Shown: piece by piece, positions 45,992 through 55,817 of the stretch | Position numbering within the stretch: position 1 is the first letter of the stretch | Layout of the letters: the number at the start of each line of letters is the position of its first letter | NCBI GenBank assembly: GCA_964293475.1 | Contig: CAXYYJ010000014.1 | Location: 14,973 to 78,972, forward strand | Origin: an uncultured Draconibacterium sp. | GTDB taxonomy: Bacteria; Bacteroidota; Bacteroidia; Bacteroidales; UBA12170 | Direction: 5' to 3' | Length of the DNA: 64,000 nt | Position numbers and translations under genes: made by a program | Notes under the pieces: generated by a model | What the model was told of the DNA's origin: nothing | The model's database searches: none | The model's input: the letters and a program-made list of their open reading frames with translations, nothing else

Positions 45992-47545
45992 ATGAGAAAA
46001 GTTAACATTCCCCAAATTCTGGGAAAATTAGCTATAAAAGAGCTGAATATGGGTGTTTCTACCGGAGCTCAGTGGTTCGAAACCAAAGGTGATATTACCA
46101 AAAGTGTATCGCCTATTGATGGTAAAGAAATTGCCAAAGTGCAAAATGCCACCATGGAAGATTACGAAATGGTGATGACCAAAGCTCAGGAAGCTTTTAA
46201 AGTTTGGCGCAATGTTCCAGCTCCTTTGAGAGGCGAAATCGTTCGCAAAATTGGATTGGCTCTCCGCGAGTACAAAGAAGAATTGGGCGCTCTGGTTTCT
46301 CTCGAAATGGGAAAAATATATCAGGAAGGATTGGGAGAAGTTCAGGAAATGATTGATATCTGCGATTTTGCAGTGGGACAATCCCGCTTAATCAATGGTG
46401 TGAACCTGCAATCGGAACGTCCACAACACCGCTTGTCGGAACAATATCATCCGCTGGGCATTGTGGGAATTGTTACTTCCTATAACTTCCCCGTGGCCGT
46501 TTGGGCATGGAACAGTGCTTTAGCAGCCATTGCCGGTGATGTTGTTATCTGGAAACCCAGTTCTAAAACCCCTATTACTGCGTTAGCTACTCAACATATT
46601 ATAAAACAAGTGCTTATCGATAACGATGTGCCAGAAGGTGTTTTCAACCTGGTGGTGGCCAAATCGAGCGTTATGGGCGATAATTTCTTAGCCGATAACA
46701 GAATTCCATTGATGTCGGTTACAGGCAGCACCGCTGTTGGTAAACGCGTGGGCGCCATTGTTGGCAAGCGTTTGGGCAAAACCATCCTCGAATTGGGCGG
46801 AAATAATGCCGTAATCATGACCCCAAGTGCCGATTTGCAAATGGCCATCATGTCAACCGTTTTTGGAACTGTTGGAACAGCTGGTCAACGTTGTACTTCC
46901 ACCCGCCGAATCATCATTCACGAAAGCATCTACGAGCAAGTTAAAACCCGCTTTGTGAAAGCCTATGAAGGATTGAAATCGAAGATAGGCGATCCATTGG
47001 ACGAGAGCTATTTGATTGGTCCGCTCATTGACCAGAATTCGGTGAGCCTTTTCCTTCACGCCGTTGAACAGGTGAAAGAGGAAGGCGGAAACGTTGTTTT
47101 TGGTGGTTATGTGATGGAAGGCGAAGGATTTGAAAGCGGAAACTATGTGATGCCTTGTATTGCCGAAGCTGAAAATCATTATCATATTGTTCAGGAAGAA
47201 ACATTTGCCCCCATTGTTTATTTAATAAAATATACTGGCGGAATTGAGAATGCCATCGAAATTCAAAATGGTGTTCCACAAGGCCTCTCTTCGGCTTGTT
47301 TCACTTTAGACATGCGCGAAGCCGAAACCTTCCTTTCGTTAGCAGGTTCCGATTGCGGAATTGCCAACGTAAACCTGGGAACTTCGGGCGCTGAAATTGG
47401 TGGAGCTTTTGGTGGAGAAAAAGAAACTGGTGGTGGCCGCGAATCGGGTTCCGATAGCTGGAAAGTGTATATGCGCCGCCAAACCAATACCGTGAACTTT
47501 GGCACAAAATTGCCTTTGGCTCAGGGAATTAAGTTTGACATTTAG
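45992..47545 (+). CDS. Aldehyde dehydrogenase, ALDH7 family (aminoadipate-semialdehyde / piperideine-6-carboxylate dehydrogenase-like)
   Basis: WKPSSKTP, TGSTAVG, LELGGNN (Glu), GQRCTS (Cys), EETFAP, GAEIGGAFGGEKETGGGRESGSD.WK. Confidence 0.9.
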   Translation: MRKVNIPQILGKLAIKELNMGVSTGAQWFETKGDITKSVSPIDGKEIAKVQNATMEDYEMVMTKAQEAFKVWRNVPAPLRGEIVRKIGLALREYKEELGALVSLEMGKIYQEGLGEVQEMIDICDFAVGQSRLINGVNLQSERPQHRLSEQYHPLGIVGIVTSYNFPVAVWAWNSALAAIAGDVVIWKPSSKTPITALATQHIIKQVLIDNDVPEGVFNLVVAKSSVMGDNFLADNRIPLMSVTGSTAVGKRVGAIVGKRLGKTILELGGNNAVIMTPSADLQMAIMSTVFGTVGTAGQRCTSTRRIIIHESIYEQVKTRFVKAYEGLKSKIGDPLDESYLIGPLIDQNSVSLFLHAVEQVKEEGGNVVFGGYVMEGEGFESGNYVMPCIAEAENHYHIVQEETFAPIVYLIKYTGGIENAIEIQNGVPQGLSSACFTLDMREAETFLSLAGSDCGIANVNLGTSGAEIGGAFGGEKETGGGRESGSDSWKVYMRRQTNTVNFGTKLPLAQGIKFDI

Positions 47546-47568
47546 TAATTAATACAATTAATTTTTCC

Positions 47569-47599
47569 GACGCCTTCATTCATTTGGAGGCGTCTTTTT
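47569..47599 (+). terminator. Rho-independent terminator after ALDH
   Basis: GACGCCTTCA-TTCATT-TGGAGGCGTC followed by TTTTT. Confidence 0.75.
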
Positions 47600-47666
47600 C
47601 GTATAATAAGTTTTATTAGATTTGCGTTATTATAAACATATTCAAAAAAACTTAAAACAATTAAAC

Positions 47667-48395
47667 ATGAAACGTATTCTTTTATCAATTGTGGTTCTCT
47701 TTGCAATAACCACAGCATTTGCGCAGGAAGAAATCAACTACTTCCAAAAAAAGCATGAAATCAATGTTCAGGTGGACGATATTTTCGAAGATGTGAATTA
47801 TTTGTCCTATGCTTATTATCTGAATGATGATCTCGATTACATTTATTACAACCCCTATTTTAACTCAGGGCCCAGCATTGGAGTTGGTTACAAATATCAT
47901 TTTGCGAAAGGAGCATTCAGGGGAAAAGTAAGCTTCAATGGCCAGTCGTTTAATAGCGTAGACGACGACAACGAAAACGTGAAAGTTACGAGTAAAACGA
48001 ATAAGGGTGGGCAAAAATTCGCTTTGGGCTACGAGATGCACACCAATATTAAAAGAATGCAGATTTTCTATGGAATCGATTTGACATTAAGTCGCCAAAA
48101 AATCAATTCTGAGAAAGAATACGACTATTCAGATAACTATAAATACCATGAGGATTATACTGTAACATCTACACAATCAATCATTTCCTATGGAATAAAA
48201 CCTTTCCTGGGATTTAAATATTTTATTGTTCCACAGTTTTCGGTATCCACAGAGTATTTTTTCTCCTATCAGCTTTACAAAAACTCTTATAAATATGAGC
48301 GGACGAACACAGATGAAACTGAAGAAAGCAAATCCGATGGCTATCTAACAGAATTTGGGCCTTTGGGGCAGATTACTTTTAGTTTCCATTTTTAA
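47667..48395 (+). CDS. Small outer-membrane beta-barrel protein
   Basis: Signal peptide from MKRILLSI (47667); alternating strands (GVGYKYHF, LGYEMH, FLGFKYF); terminal FSFHF. Confidence 0.65.
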   Translation: MKRILLSIVVLFAITTAFAQEEINYFQKKHEINVQVDDIFEDVNYLSYAYYLNDDLDYIYYNPYFNSGPSIGVGYKYHFAKGAFRGKVSFNGQSFNSVDDDNENVKVTSKTNKGGQKFALGYEMHTNIKRMQIFYGIDLTLSRQKINSEKEYDYSDNYKYHEDYTVTSTQSIISYGIKPFLGFKYFIVPQFSVSTEYFFSYQLYKNSYKYERTNTDETEESKSDGYLTEFGPLGQITFSFHF

Positions 48396-48441
48396 CAAAT
48401 CGTTGCAGTAGATCGATTTTATAAATCCTTAATTTTGTCAC

Positions 48442-48903
48442 ATGGACAAAAACAAAAAAGAAGGCCGCTATCAGCGGCTTTTTTCGCAAATAGAACAGCT
48501 TATGCCCAGCTGTGCCGACGAGTCGTCGCGAAGGGCCACCATTATTGCCGTGTTGCATCATAAAATGGAATATTTCTTCTGGACAGGCTATTACCTGTTA
48601 AAAGACGAAGCGCTGTGCGTGGATCATTATCAGGGGCCGGTGGCTTGCATGAAACTGGCCAAAGATAAAGGAGTATGCTGGGCTGCCATCAACAGGGGAG
48701 AAACCATTGTGGTTCCCGATGTGCACGAGTTTCCAGGCCACATAGCCTGCGATAGCCGCTCCAACAGCGAAATTGTAGTTCCACTGAAAGACAGCGAAGG
48801 CCTGATTTATGGAGTTTTGGACGTTGACAGCAGCGAGAAATATTCTTTCGACGAGGTGGATGCTCATTATCTGGAACTTATTCTCAATCTCCGGTTTAAA
48901 TAA
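48442..48903 (+). CDS. GAF-domain protein, free methionine-(R)-sulfoxide reductase (MsrC/fRMsr)-like
   Basis: FWTGYYL, YQGPVAC, GVCWAA, VPDVHEFPGHIACDSRSNSEIVVP, LDVDS. Confidence 0.85.
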   Translation: MDKNKKEGRYQRLFSQIEQLMPSCADESSRRATIIAVLHHKMEYFFWTGYYLLKDEALCVDHYQGPVACMKLAKDKGVCWAAINRGETIVVPDVHEFPGHIACDSRSNSEIVVPLKDSEGLIYGVLDVDSSEKYSFDEVDAHYLELILNLRFK

Positions 48904-49018
48904 ACGATAGATTTCCCTTTGGGTTAATGCCTGTTCAACGCGTAAAAACGACTCTGAACTTTCCGCAAAATATGTCCCAAAATCTAGTAAATTTGCCGCT
49001 CATAAAGGTTTTTAAACA

Positions 49019-49750
49019 ATGCTAACACTGTATTTTAAAGAAATCAGCTCATTCTTAAATTCCCTCATTGGATATATTGTCATAGTGGTTTTTCTGCTGG
49101 TCAGTAGTTTATTCCTTTGGGTTTTCCCCACGGAGTTTAATATCCCCGATTTTGGCTATGCCAGTCTCGAATCGCTGTTTTTGCTGGCTCCCTTCGTGTT
49201 CCTTTTTCTCATTCCTGCCATCACCATGCGCATGTTTTCGGAGGAGAAAAAAGCAGGAACCATCGAGATTTTACTCACCCAACCACTCACCGATTTACAA
49301 ATCATCATGGCAAAATATCTTGCCGGATTGAGTTTGGTGGTTATTAGCATCGTTCCAACTTTGGTGTTTTTTGCCACCGTTTATGTGTTCGGTTTTCCCC
49401 AGGGAAATATGGATATGGGGGGAACCTGGGGAAGTTATATCGGACTGCTTTTTCTGGGAGCTTCGTTTGTGGCCATTGGGCTGTTTGCTTCATCTATCAC
49501 CGACAATCAGATAGTTGCCTTTATCGCTGCCATTGTGCTCACTGCATTCAGCTATCTCGGCTTCGAAATCATCTATTCGCTCGACTTGTTTGGCCCAGTC
49601 GATTTGTTCATCAAGTCTTTGGGAATCAGCTCGCATTATGCTTCCATGAGTAGGGGAGTGATTGATACCCGCGACCTGGTTTATTTCATCAGCTTTGTGG
49701 CTTTCTTCATCATTCTCACCCGCATAGTTTTAGAATCGCGTAAATGGTAA
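49019..49750 (+). CDS. gldF: Gliding motility-associated ABC transporter permease GldF
   Basis: KEISSFLNSLIGY, PAITMRMFSEEKKAGTIE.LLTQP, MSRGVIDTRDLVYF, terminal ESRKW. Confidence 0.9.
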   Translation: MLTLYFKEISSFLNSLIGYIVIVVFLLVSSLFLWVFPTEFNIPDFGYASLESLFLLAPFVFLFLIPAITMRMFSEEKKAGTIEILLTQPLTDLQIIMAKYLAGLSLVVISIVPTLVFFATVYVFGFPQGNMDMGGTWGSYIGLLFLGASFVAIGLFASSITDNQIVAFIAAIVLTAFSYLGFEIIYSLDLFGPVDLFIKSLGISSHYASMSRGVIDTRDLVYFISFVAFFIILTRIVLESRKW

Positions 49751-51540
49751 AGCATATGAAGACGAAAAGCAATCATTATAAAAGAAACAATCTGATCCAA
49801 TTGGTTTATGGGTTGGTGATTATTGTTGCCGTGAATATTATTTCGAACTATGTCTATACCCGAATCGACCTAACCAGCGAAAAAAGATACACCCTCGCGC
49901 CTGCAACCAAAGACATGCTCAAAAACCTTGATGAATATGTGTTTTTTAAGGTTTATCTGGAAGGCGATTTCCCTGCCGGTTTCAAGCGATTGCGCAACGA
50001 AACCCGCGAAATGCTCAACGAGTTTAGAGCCTACAGCCGCTTTGTGGAGTTCGAATTTGTGGATCCCAGCGAAAGCAGCGACGAGAAAGAACGCAATAAA
50101 GTGTATCAGCTGCTGGTGGAAAAAGGGCTTCAGCCCACCAACCTGAAGGTGAACGAGAAAGAAGGCAACTCCGAGCAGCTCATTTTCCCTGGTGCCATAG
50201 TTTCGTATCTCAACAACGAAAGTGCTGTTGATTTGCTGAAAACCCGTCTGGGGATGCCCCCCGAAGAAGTGCTCAACAGCTCCATAGAGAATCTGGAGTT
50301 TACCTTAGCCAGCGTTATCAGACAACTGGCCGTAAAGACCCGTCCAGCGGTGGCTTTCATCGAAGGTCATGGCGAGCTGAGTAAGATAGAAACCGCCGAT
50401 ATTGGAAATGCACTGGCCGAGTACTATCGTGTGGAAAGGGTTCGAATGAACGAGCAGCTGGGCAGTCTCACCGATTTTAAATCGTACGACACCACCGGAC
50501 GAATCATCATCCGCAATAAATACGACGCCATTATCATTGCCAAACCCGACTCATCTTTTAGCGAGAAAGACAAGTTAATTTTAGACCAGTATTTAATGCG
50601 GGGAGGAAAAATCATCTGGTTCTTCGATCCCGTTTATGCCACCATGGATAGTTTGCAACAAACCAGAACTACATTGGGTTTTGGCATGGATTTAAATCTC
50701 GACGACCTTTTCTTTAAATATGGCGTTCGTTTCAATCAGGAATTGCTCCTCGATCTCAATGCCCGTCCAATTCCCATTGTTACAGGCATGGTGGGCGACC
50801 AACCCAAGCAGGAGTTTTTGCCCTGGTATTATTTCCCGGTAATATCCGCCAGCAGCAAACATCCCATAGTGAACAACCTGAACTCCATCATGACCGATTT
50901 TCCCTGCACGCTCGATACCGTTGCTGCAGCGGGATTAAAGAAAACGTCGCTTCTGGCTTCCTCATCCTACAGCAGGGCTGCCAAGGCACCAGTACTCATC
51001 GATTTGCAAATGATGGACAATTATCCCAAATCGCCCCGGTGGAATCAGTTTGCCAGCACATTCAATCTGCCTCCGAAAATGGTGGCCGTTTTGGTCGAAG
51101 GAAGTTTTAAATCGTTGTTTGCCAATAGAATACCCCCGCAATTGGCCAATAACGACAGCATAGGTTTTAAAACAGAAAGCAAGGAAACCAGCCAGATTTT
51201 TGTTTCCGATGGCGATATTGTCCGCAATCAACTTCATTATAGCAAGGGCTATCCACTGCCTCTTGGATTCGATCAGTTTACGCGCGAAAACTTTGGGAAT
51301 AAGGACTTTGTACTCAACGCACTGAATTATTTAATAGATGAAGATGGTTTAATCAGCATCAGGAGCCGTGAAATAAAAATCCGTCTCCTCGATAAAAACA
51401 GGCTGGACAAGAAAATGGCATTGGTAAAAACCATCAACGTTTTGGTTCCTGTGCTCATCATTGCCTTGTTTGGTTTCGTTTTGCAATGGCGCCGGAGGAG
51501 AAAGTTTGTTGTTGGCCAAAAGCCAAAAAAAGGACAGTGA
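49744..51540 (+). CDS. gldG: Gliding motility-associated ABC transporter substrate-binding-like protein GldG
   Basis: RIDLTSEKRYTL, VYLEGDFPAGFKRL, GHGEL, LDQYLMRGGK, PLPLGFD, GNKDF.LNA.NYL, SIRSREIK.RLLD. Confidence 0.9.
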   Translation: MVKHMKTKSNHYKRNNLIQLVYGLVIIVAVNIISNYVYTRIDLTSEKRYTLAPATKDMLKNLDEYVFFKVYLEGDFPAGFKRLRNETREMLNEFRAYSRFVEFEFVDPSESSDEKERNKVYQLLVEKGLQPTNLKVNEKEGNSEQLIFPGAIVSYLNNESAVDLLKTRLGMPPEEVLNSSIENLEFTLASVIRQLAVKTRPAVAFIEGHGELSKIETADIGNALAEYYRVERVRMNEQLGSLTDFKSYDTTGRIIIRNKYDAIIIAKPDSSFSEKDKLILDQYLMRGGKIIWFFDPVYATMDSLQQTRTTLGFGMDLNLDDLFFKYGVRFNQELLLDLNARPIPIVTGMVGDQPKQEFLPWYYFPVISASSKHPIVNNLNSIMTDFPCTLDTVAAAGLKKTSLLASSSYSRAAKAPVLIDLQMMDNYPKSPRWNQFASTFNLPPKMVAVLVEGSFKSLFANRIPPQLANNDSIGFKTESKETSQIFVSDGDIVRNQLHYSKGYPLPLGFDQFTRENFGNKDFVLNALNYLIDEDGLISIRSREIKIRLLDKNRLDKKMALVKTINVLVPVLIIALFGFVLQWRRRRKFVVGQKPKKGQ

Positions 51541-51666
51541 TATAAATATTGACAAAAATAAATCTGAAAATAGAGGCCAATTGGTATGACTGAAGCCCAT
51601 GCTTACTGCTTAGCCAATTTCCTGTAGAAACAGAAATATTTTACCTTTGCCATTAATAATTTGTAT

Positions 51667-51990
51667 ATGGGTATCATCAGGTTATTTGAGAGTAAAAAAG
51701 TCCGCTCTGAGTGGAGCGAAAATGAGCAGCAGTGGTTTTTTTCGATAATTGATGTCATTGAAATCCTTACAGAAAGCCAAAGGCCAAGAAAATACTGGGC
51801 TGATTTAAAGAAAAAGCTGCTGCAAGAAGGGTTTGAGCAGTTGTCCGAAAAAATCGGACAACTGAAAATGGAAGCTTCTGATGGTAAAAAATATCTTACT
51901 GATGTTGCAGATGTAAAAACGTTACTTCGTATAATTCAGTCGATTCCATTATCTCAAGAGGATTTTAGCAAAAGGTTCTACTTTTTGTGA
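51667..51990 (+). pseudogene. Truncated Bro-N (BRO family) domain protein
   Basis: IRLFESKKVR..W....QWFFSIIDVIEIL...PRKYW.DLK.KL..EG..QL..KIGQLKM...DGK.YLTDVAD...LLRIIQSIP. Similarity stops at IQSIP, where the family usually continues SPKAEPFK (recalled, not searched). Own -7 element TACCTTTG at 51642-51649. Confidence 0.65.
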
Positions 51991-52339
51991 ACAAATTAAG
52001 AACTAAAATATCCAAATTTGTTAAAATATGACTTGAAAAGCTAATATCTAACCCACAAGAAAGTAATGACAAATTGTTGAAAATATGATAAATAAAGAAA
52101 TGATATCGCTAGAAAAGAAAAATGTGCAGTTAGAAACAGACGATTGCTATCGCCGGAAAAACAGTTGCCTGGTTGAAAGCGGCATGTCAATAAAAAGCTT
52201 TATTCTTTATAAAAACCAATGAGTGGGGTCTACCCCTTATATCAAAAGTAAAACGTTAAGTAAAAATAATTTTTTAAAGCAATCATCGTTTATAACCTGT
52301 TGAACCACAACAATTATTTGATTTTTAAAAGCAATATCA

Positions 52340-53392
52340 ATGAATAAAAATAAAATATTTCTTATCATAGTTTTGGTGCTCATTGCGGTGGCAGCGAGTT
52401 TTGTAATTACCGATAAAACCACAACCTTATTTGGCGAAGACTCAGGTTTTGCAGTAAAAGATACGGCCAATATTGTAAAAATTTTTATGGTCGACAAAAA
52501 CAACCAATCGGTATTGTTTGAGAGAACTGAGAAAGGTTGGTTGCTCAATAAGGATCAAAAAGCCCATGAGAAGAATATGGCTATGTTATTGAATACCATT
52601 AAGAATCTGGAAGTTAAGTATCCTGTTCCGCAAAAAGCCCATAATAATATTGTGAAAGCCATGGCCGGAACTGCCGTTAAAGTGGAGGTTTACACCAACG
52701 ATTATTACATCAAAATAGGTTCTTTGCAGCTGTTTCAATATGTGAATAAGGAATCCGTGTTCTATGTGGGTTCGGCCACTCAGGACAATCAGGGAACTTA
52801 TATGCTGAAAGAAGGAGCCGACAGGCCTTATGTGGTTACCATTCCCGGTTTCAGGGGTTTTGTGGCTGCTCGTTTTACCACACAACCCAAAGACTGGCTC
52901 AGCCACGAAGTTTTTAAAATCCCCTATCAGCAAATTGCCGAAATTTATATTGAAACTCCCGAACAACCTGCTAAATCATTTCAAATCAGAAAATTAGAAT
53001 CAGGGTATGAAATTATGGCTTTGGCCAACCGGCAAATCCTTCAGGGTTATGATACCGTGGCTTTATTCACTTTCCTCGATTCCTTTAAAAATGTGAATTA
53101 CGAAGCGCTGCTGGACGATATGCCTCAGACCAAAATCGATTCCATCCTTGGAAATCAACCCGTTCATATAATCAAGGTAACCAAAACCGATGGAACTGTG
53201 AACGAAATTAAGACCTACAGAATGTTCAGCCGCTACGACCAGGAAGAAATCTACGGTTATAAACCCGAATATGATTTAGACCGCATGTATGGGTGGCACA
53301 ATAACCGTATGCTAATGATTCAGTATTTTGTTTTCGATAAAATTACCCGTCCCATCGACTTTTTCACGCCCTCCGGAATAAAAACAGAATGA
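52340..53392 (+). CDS. DUF4340-domain membrane-anchored periplasmic protein
   Basis: N-terminal TM helix; FAVKDTANIVKIFMVD, FYVGSATQDN.GTYML, IPGFRGFVAARF; typical gldG-linked position. Confidence 0.7.
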   Translation: MNKNKIFLIIVLVLIAVAASFVITDKTTTLFGEDSGFAVKDTANIVKIFMVDKNNQSVLFERTEKGWLLNKDQKAHEKNMAMLLNTIKNLEVKYPVPQKAHNNIVKAMAGTAVKVEVYTNDYYIKIGSLQLFQYVNKESVFYVGSATQDNQGTYMLKEGADRPYVVTIPGFRGFVAARFTTQPKDWLSHEVFKIPYQQIAEIYIETPEQPAKSFQIRKLESGYEIMALANRQILQGYDTVALFTFLDSFKNVNYEALLDDMPQTKIDSILGNQPVHIIKVTKTDGTVNEIKTYRMFSRYDQEEIYGYKPEYDLDRMYGWHNNRMLMIQYFVFDKITRPIDFFTPSGIKTE

Positions 53393-54648
53393 CAGTTCAA
53401 GGTGTAAAATCGGGTTTTTTTGGCCCTGTTCTTACCATCATGAGCGGGAGCACGCTGGCACAGCTCATTCCCTTGCTCACAGAACCCATTCTTGCCCGAC
53501 TTTTTACCCCAATGGAATTCGGTATTCTAGCCCTGTTTCTGGCCGTAGCTACCATTTTTGCTTCTGTAGCCACCGGGCGCTACGAAATGGCTGTGGTTTT
53601 GCCATTGAAAGATGATGAAGCCATAAACATTGTTGCCTTGTCGCTGATAATCACCATTTTCATGACCTTGCTTTCGGGTCTGATGGTGCTATTTCTGGGG
53701 GAAAACATTGCCCGCTGGGCCGGAAGTCCCGAGCTAAATGCTTTTTTAAAATGGGTCCCCCTTTTTGTATTTATCAGCGGATTGTTTCAGACATTCAATC
53801 AGTGGGCCACCCGAAAGAAATCTTACCGAAATATTGCAGCATCCAAAATCAGTCAAAGCTCCACCAACGGGGCAATGAGTGTTGGGGCTGGTTTTGCAGG
53901 ATGGGGAAGTATTGGGCTCATTTTCGGACAAATAGCAGGTTGGTTTATGGGATTCGTTCCACTTTTTGTGAAGTTTTGGAGAAACGACCGCAAACTCTTG
54001 TCCCTGGTTCAAAAAAATGAAGTTAATAGGTTAGCTAAAAAATATTCCGATTTCCCTCGCATCAACTCCATGCATGTTTTAACAGATATTGGTCAACAGA
54101 GTTTGGTTAATTTCATTATTTCGCGGTTCTATTCGGGCGAAATTCTGGGATTCTACAGCCGCATGATTCGCATTGTGAAAGTTCCCGCAGGGTTTATTGG
54201 AGCTGCTGTGGGTCAGGTTTTTTTCCAGCAAGCTAGCGAACAATGGCAGAAAGACCAGAACATCAGAAACCTGCTTACAAATCAAATGAAGATAGTTGGG
54301 ATTTTTGGATTGCCGATTTTTATAATTCTGGCGTTGTTTGGCCCTCAGATTTTCGGCTTTGTGCTGGGCGATGCCTGGATGGTTGCCGGACAATACGCAC
54401 AGATATTGAGCCCCTGGTTGTTTCTGAATTTTCTCATCTCTCCATTTTCTCACATCCCACTGATAGTCAACAGGCAAAAGAGATTTTTCATGTTCAGTTT
54501 TATTATGAATATTTTGGTCATTCTCGCCTTTTTATCGGGCTATTTAATGAAAGAGGATATTATTTTCAGCCTGATTCTGGTAACTATTATTCAGGTTGTA
54601 TTTCACCTGTATCTGGGGTGGTGGTTCTATAAAATTTCAAAGGCTTAA
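53389..54648 (+). CDS. Oligosaccharide flippase (Wzx / polysaccharide biosynthesis protein family)
   Basis: GSTLAQLIP.L..PILARLF.P.EFG, GRYEMAV.LP, about 12 TM helices; ATGA overlap with the DUF4340 stop. Confidence 0.85.
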   Translation: MTVQGVKSGFFGPVLTIMSGSTLAQLIPLLTEPILARLFTPMEFGILALFLAVATIFASVATGRYEMAVVLPLKDDEAINIVALSLIITIFMTLLSGLMVLFLGENIARWAGSPELNAFLKWVPLFVFISGLFQTFNQWATRKKSYRNIAASKISQSSTNGAMSVGAGFAGWGSIGLIFGQIAGWFMGFVPLFVKFWRNDRKLLSLVQKNEVNRLAKKYSDFPRINSMHVLTDIGQQSLVNFIISRFYSGEILGFYSRMIRIVKVPAGFIGAAVGQVFFQQASEQWQKDQNIRNLLTNQMKIVGIFGLPIFIILALFGPQIFGFVLGDAWMVAGQYAQILSPWLFLNFLISPFSHIPLIVNRQKRFFMFSFIMNILVILAFLSGYLMKEDIIFSLILVTIIQVVFHLYLGWWFYKISKA

Positions 54649-55399
54649 CATTTTCGCGGTGATGTGGAGCCCGGGGTTTGTAATTTTTTTCATCAAAAAC
54701 ATCGGGCCATAGTTCGTGAACGATGGCTTTAAAGGCTTCAGGGGTCACGGCATTTTCTATGGAGAAATTACCAATGCGGGTGCGGCGAAGCGCAGTTAGA
54801 TGAGCACCCGAGTTCATTCTTTGCCCAAAATCACGAGCCAGCGAACGGATATAGGTCCCTTTGGTGCAAACTACCCTGAAATCGACTTCGGGCAATTCGA
54901 TTCTTGTTATTTCAAACTCTTTAATTTCGATGGATTTGGGTTCGAGCTCCGGGGTTTTTTCTTGTCTCGCCAAATCGTAAGCACGTTTTCCTTTTACCTT
55001 AACCGCCGAAAAAATTGGGGGAACCTGCAATTGGTGTCCCAAAAAAGATTCTGCTGTTTGCCTAACAAGTTCAGCAGTAATATGTTCTGTTGGAAAATAA
55101 GCATCAATGGCCTTTTCCTGATCGAACCCTGGTGTGGTGGCTCCCAGATAAAAAGTTCCCGTGTATTCCTTTTCCTGAGCCTGATATTTCTCTATGTCTT
55201 TGGTGGCTTTTCCGGTGCAAAGAATCAGCAATCCTGTGGCCAAAGGGTCTAAAGTGCCCGCATGTCCAACCTTGCTGCGTTTAACGCCTGCAATTCTCGA
55301 GACCAAATAGCGCACCGAGCTCACCACATTAAAACTGGTCCACTCGTAGGGCTTGTCAATCAACAGCACATGGCCTTCTGTAAAATCGGGTTTTTGCAA
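54587..55399 (-). CDS. truB: tRNA pseudouridine(55) synthase TruB
   Basis: LLIDKP..WTSF.VV, KVGHAGTLDPLATG (catalytic Asp), PP.FSA.KV.G.RAY, CTKGTYIRSLARD. TTG start. Confidence 0.95.
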   Translation of the reverse strand: MQKPDFTEGHVLLIDKPYEWTSFNVVSSVRYLVSRIAGVKRSKVGHAGTLDPLATGLLILCTGKATKDIEKYQAQEKEYTGTFYLGATTPGFDQEKAIDAYFPTEHITAELVRQTAESFLGHQLQVPPIFSAVKVKGKRAYDLARQEKTPELEPKSIEIKEFEITRIELPEVDFRVVCTKGTYIRSLARDFGQRMNSGAHLTALRRTRIGNFSIENAVTPEAFKAIVHELWPDVFDEKNYKPRAPHHRENVKPLKFYRTTTPDTGEIQPE

Positions 55400-55456
55400 T
55401 GGTGTAGATTTTAATGGTTTATGGAAATATTATTTACGGTAAGAGCAGAATAAAAA

Positions 55457-55492
55457 ATCGCGTAAAATAAAACATCCCGCTATTGCGGATAG
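55457..55492 (-). terminator. Possible intrinsic terminator between DUF3098 gene and truB
   Basis: Minus strand ATCC-GC-AATA-GC-GGGAT hairpin followed by GTTTTATTTT. Confidence 0.45.
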
Positions 55493-55540
55493 GGCGTGGA
55501 TAATCAGGCAAAACTGAAATAACTAAAGGCAGTCGATGGA

Positions 55541-55795
55541 TTAACTGCGCTTCATGATGGCATAAATTTCTACGCCAAAACCGGCCAGAATTAATATTGG
55601 AGCCAGAGTTAAACGTTGAAAATTAAACACGCCCGGATTGAACTGATCGGGGGAGCTAGAGCCACCGCCAATCATTAAAATGAGCCCCAGGAGAATGAGT
55701 CCAAGACCGATAAACAGGAATTTATAGTTTTCCTTGCTAAAGATAAAATCGTCTTTTCTTTCCACATCCTGTTTTGGATTTTCTGTATTGCTCAT
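55541..55795 (-). CDS. DUF3098-family small membrane protein
   Basis: F.F.KENY....IGL..I..G.ILM.GGGS..P..FNP..F.FQR.TLAP.L...GF..EIYAIM. Start set at ATG 55795. Confidence 0.85.
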   Translation of the reverse strand: MSNTENPKQDVERKDDFIFSKENYKFLFIGLGLILLGLILMIGGGSSSPDQFNPGVFNFQRLTLAPILILAGFGVEIYAIMKRS

Positions 55796-55817
55796 GGCAC
55801 TATTTTTTTCAGTTTTT

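Noticed and set aside
52085-52222. 45-aa ORF (MINKEMISLEKKNVQ...) in the post-Bro spacer
   Set aside because: No recognisable similarity or start signals; likely random.
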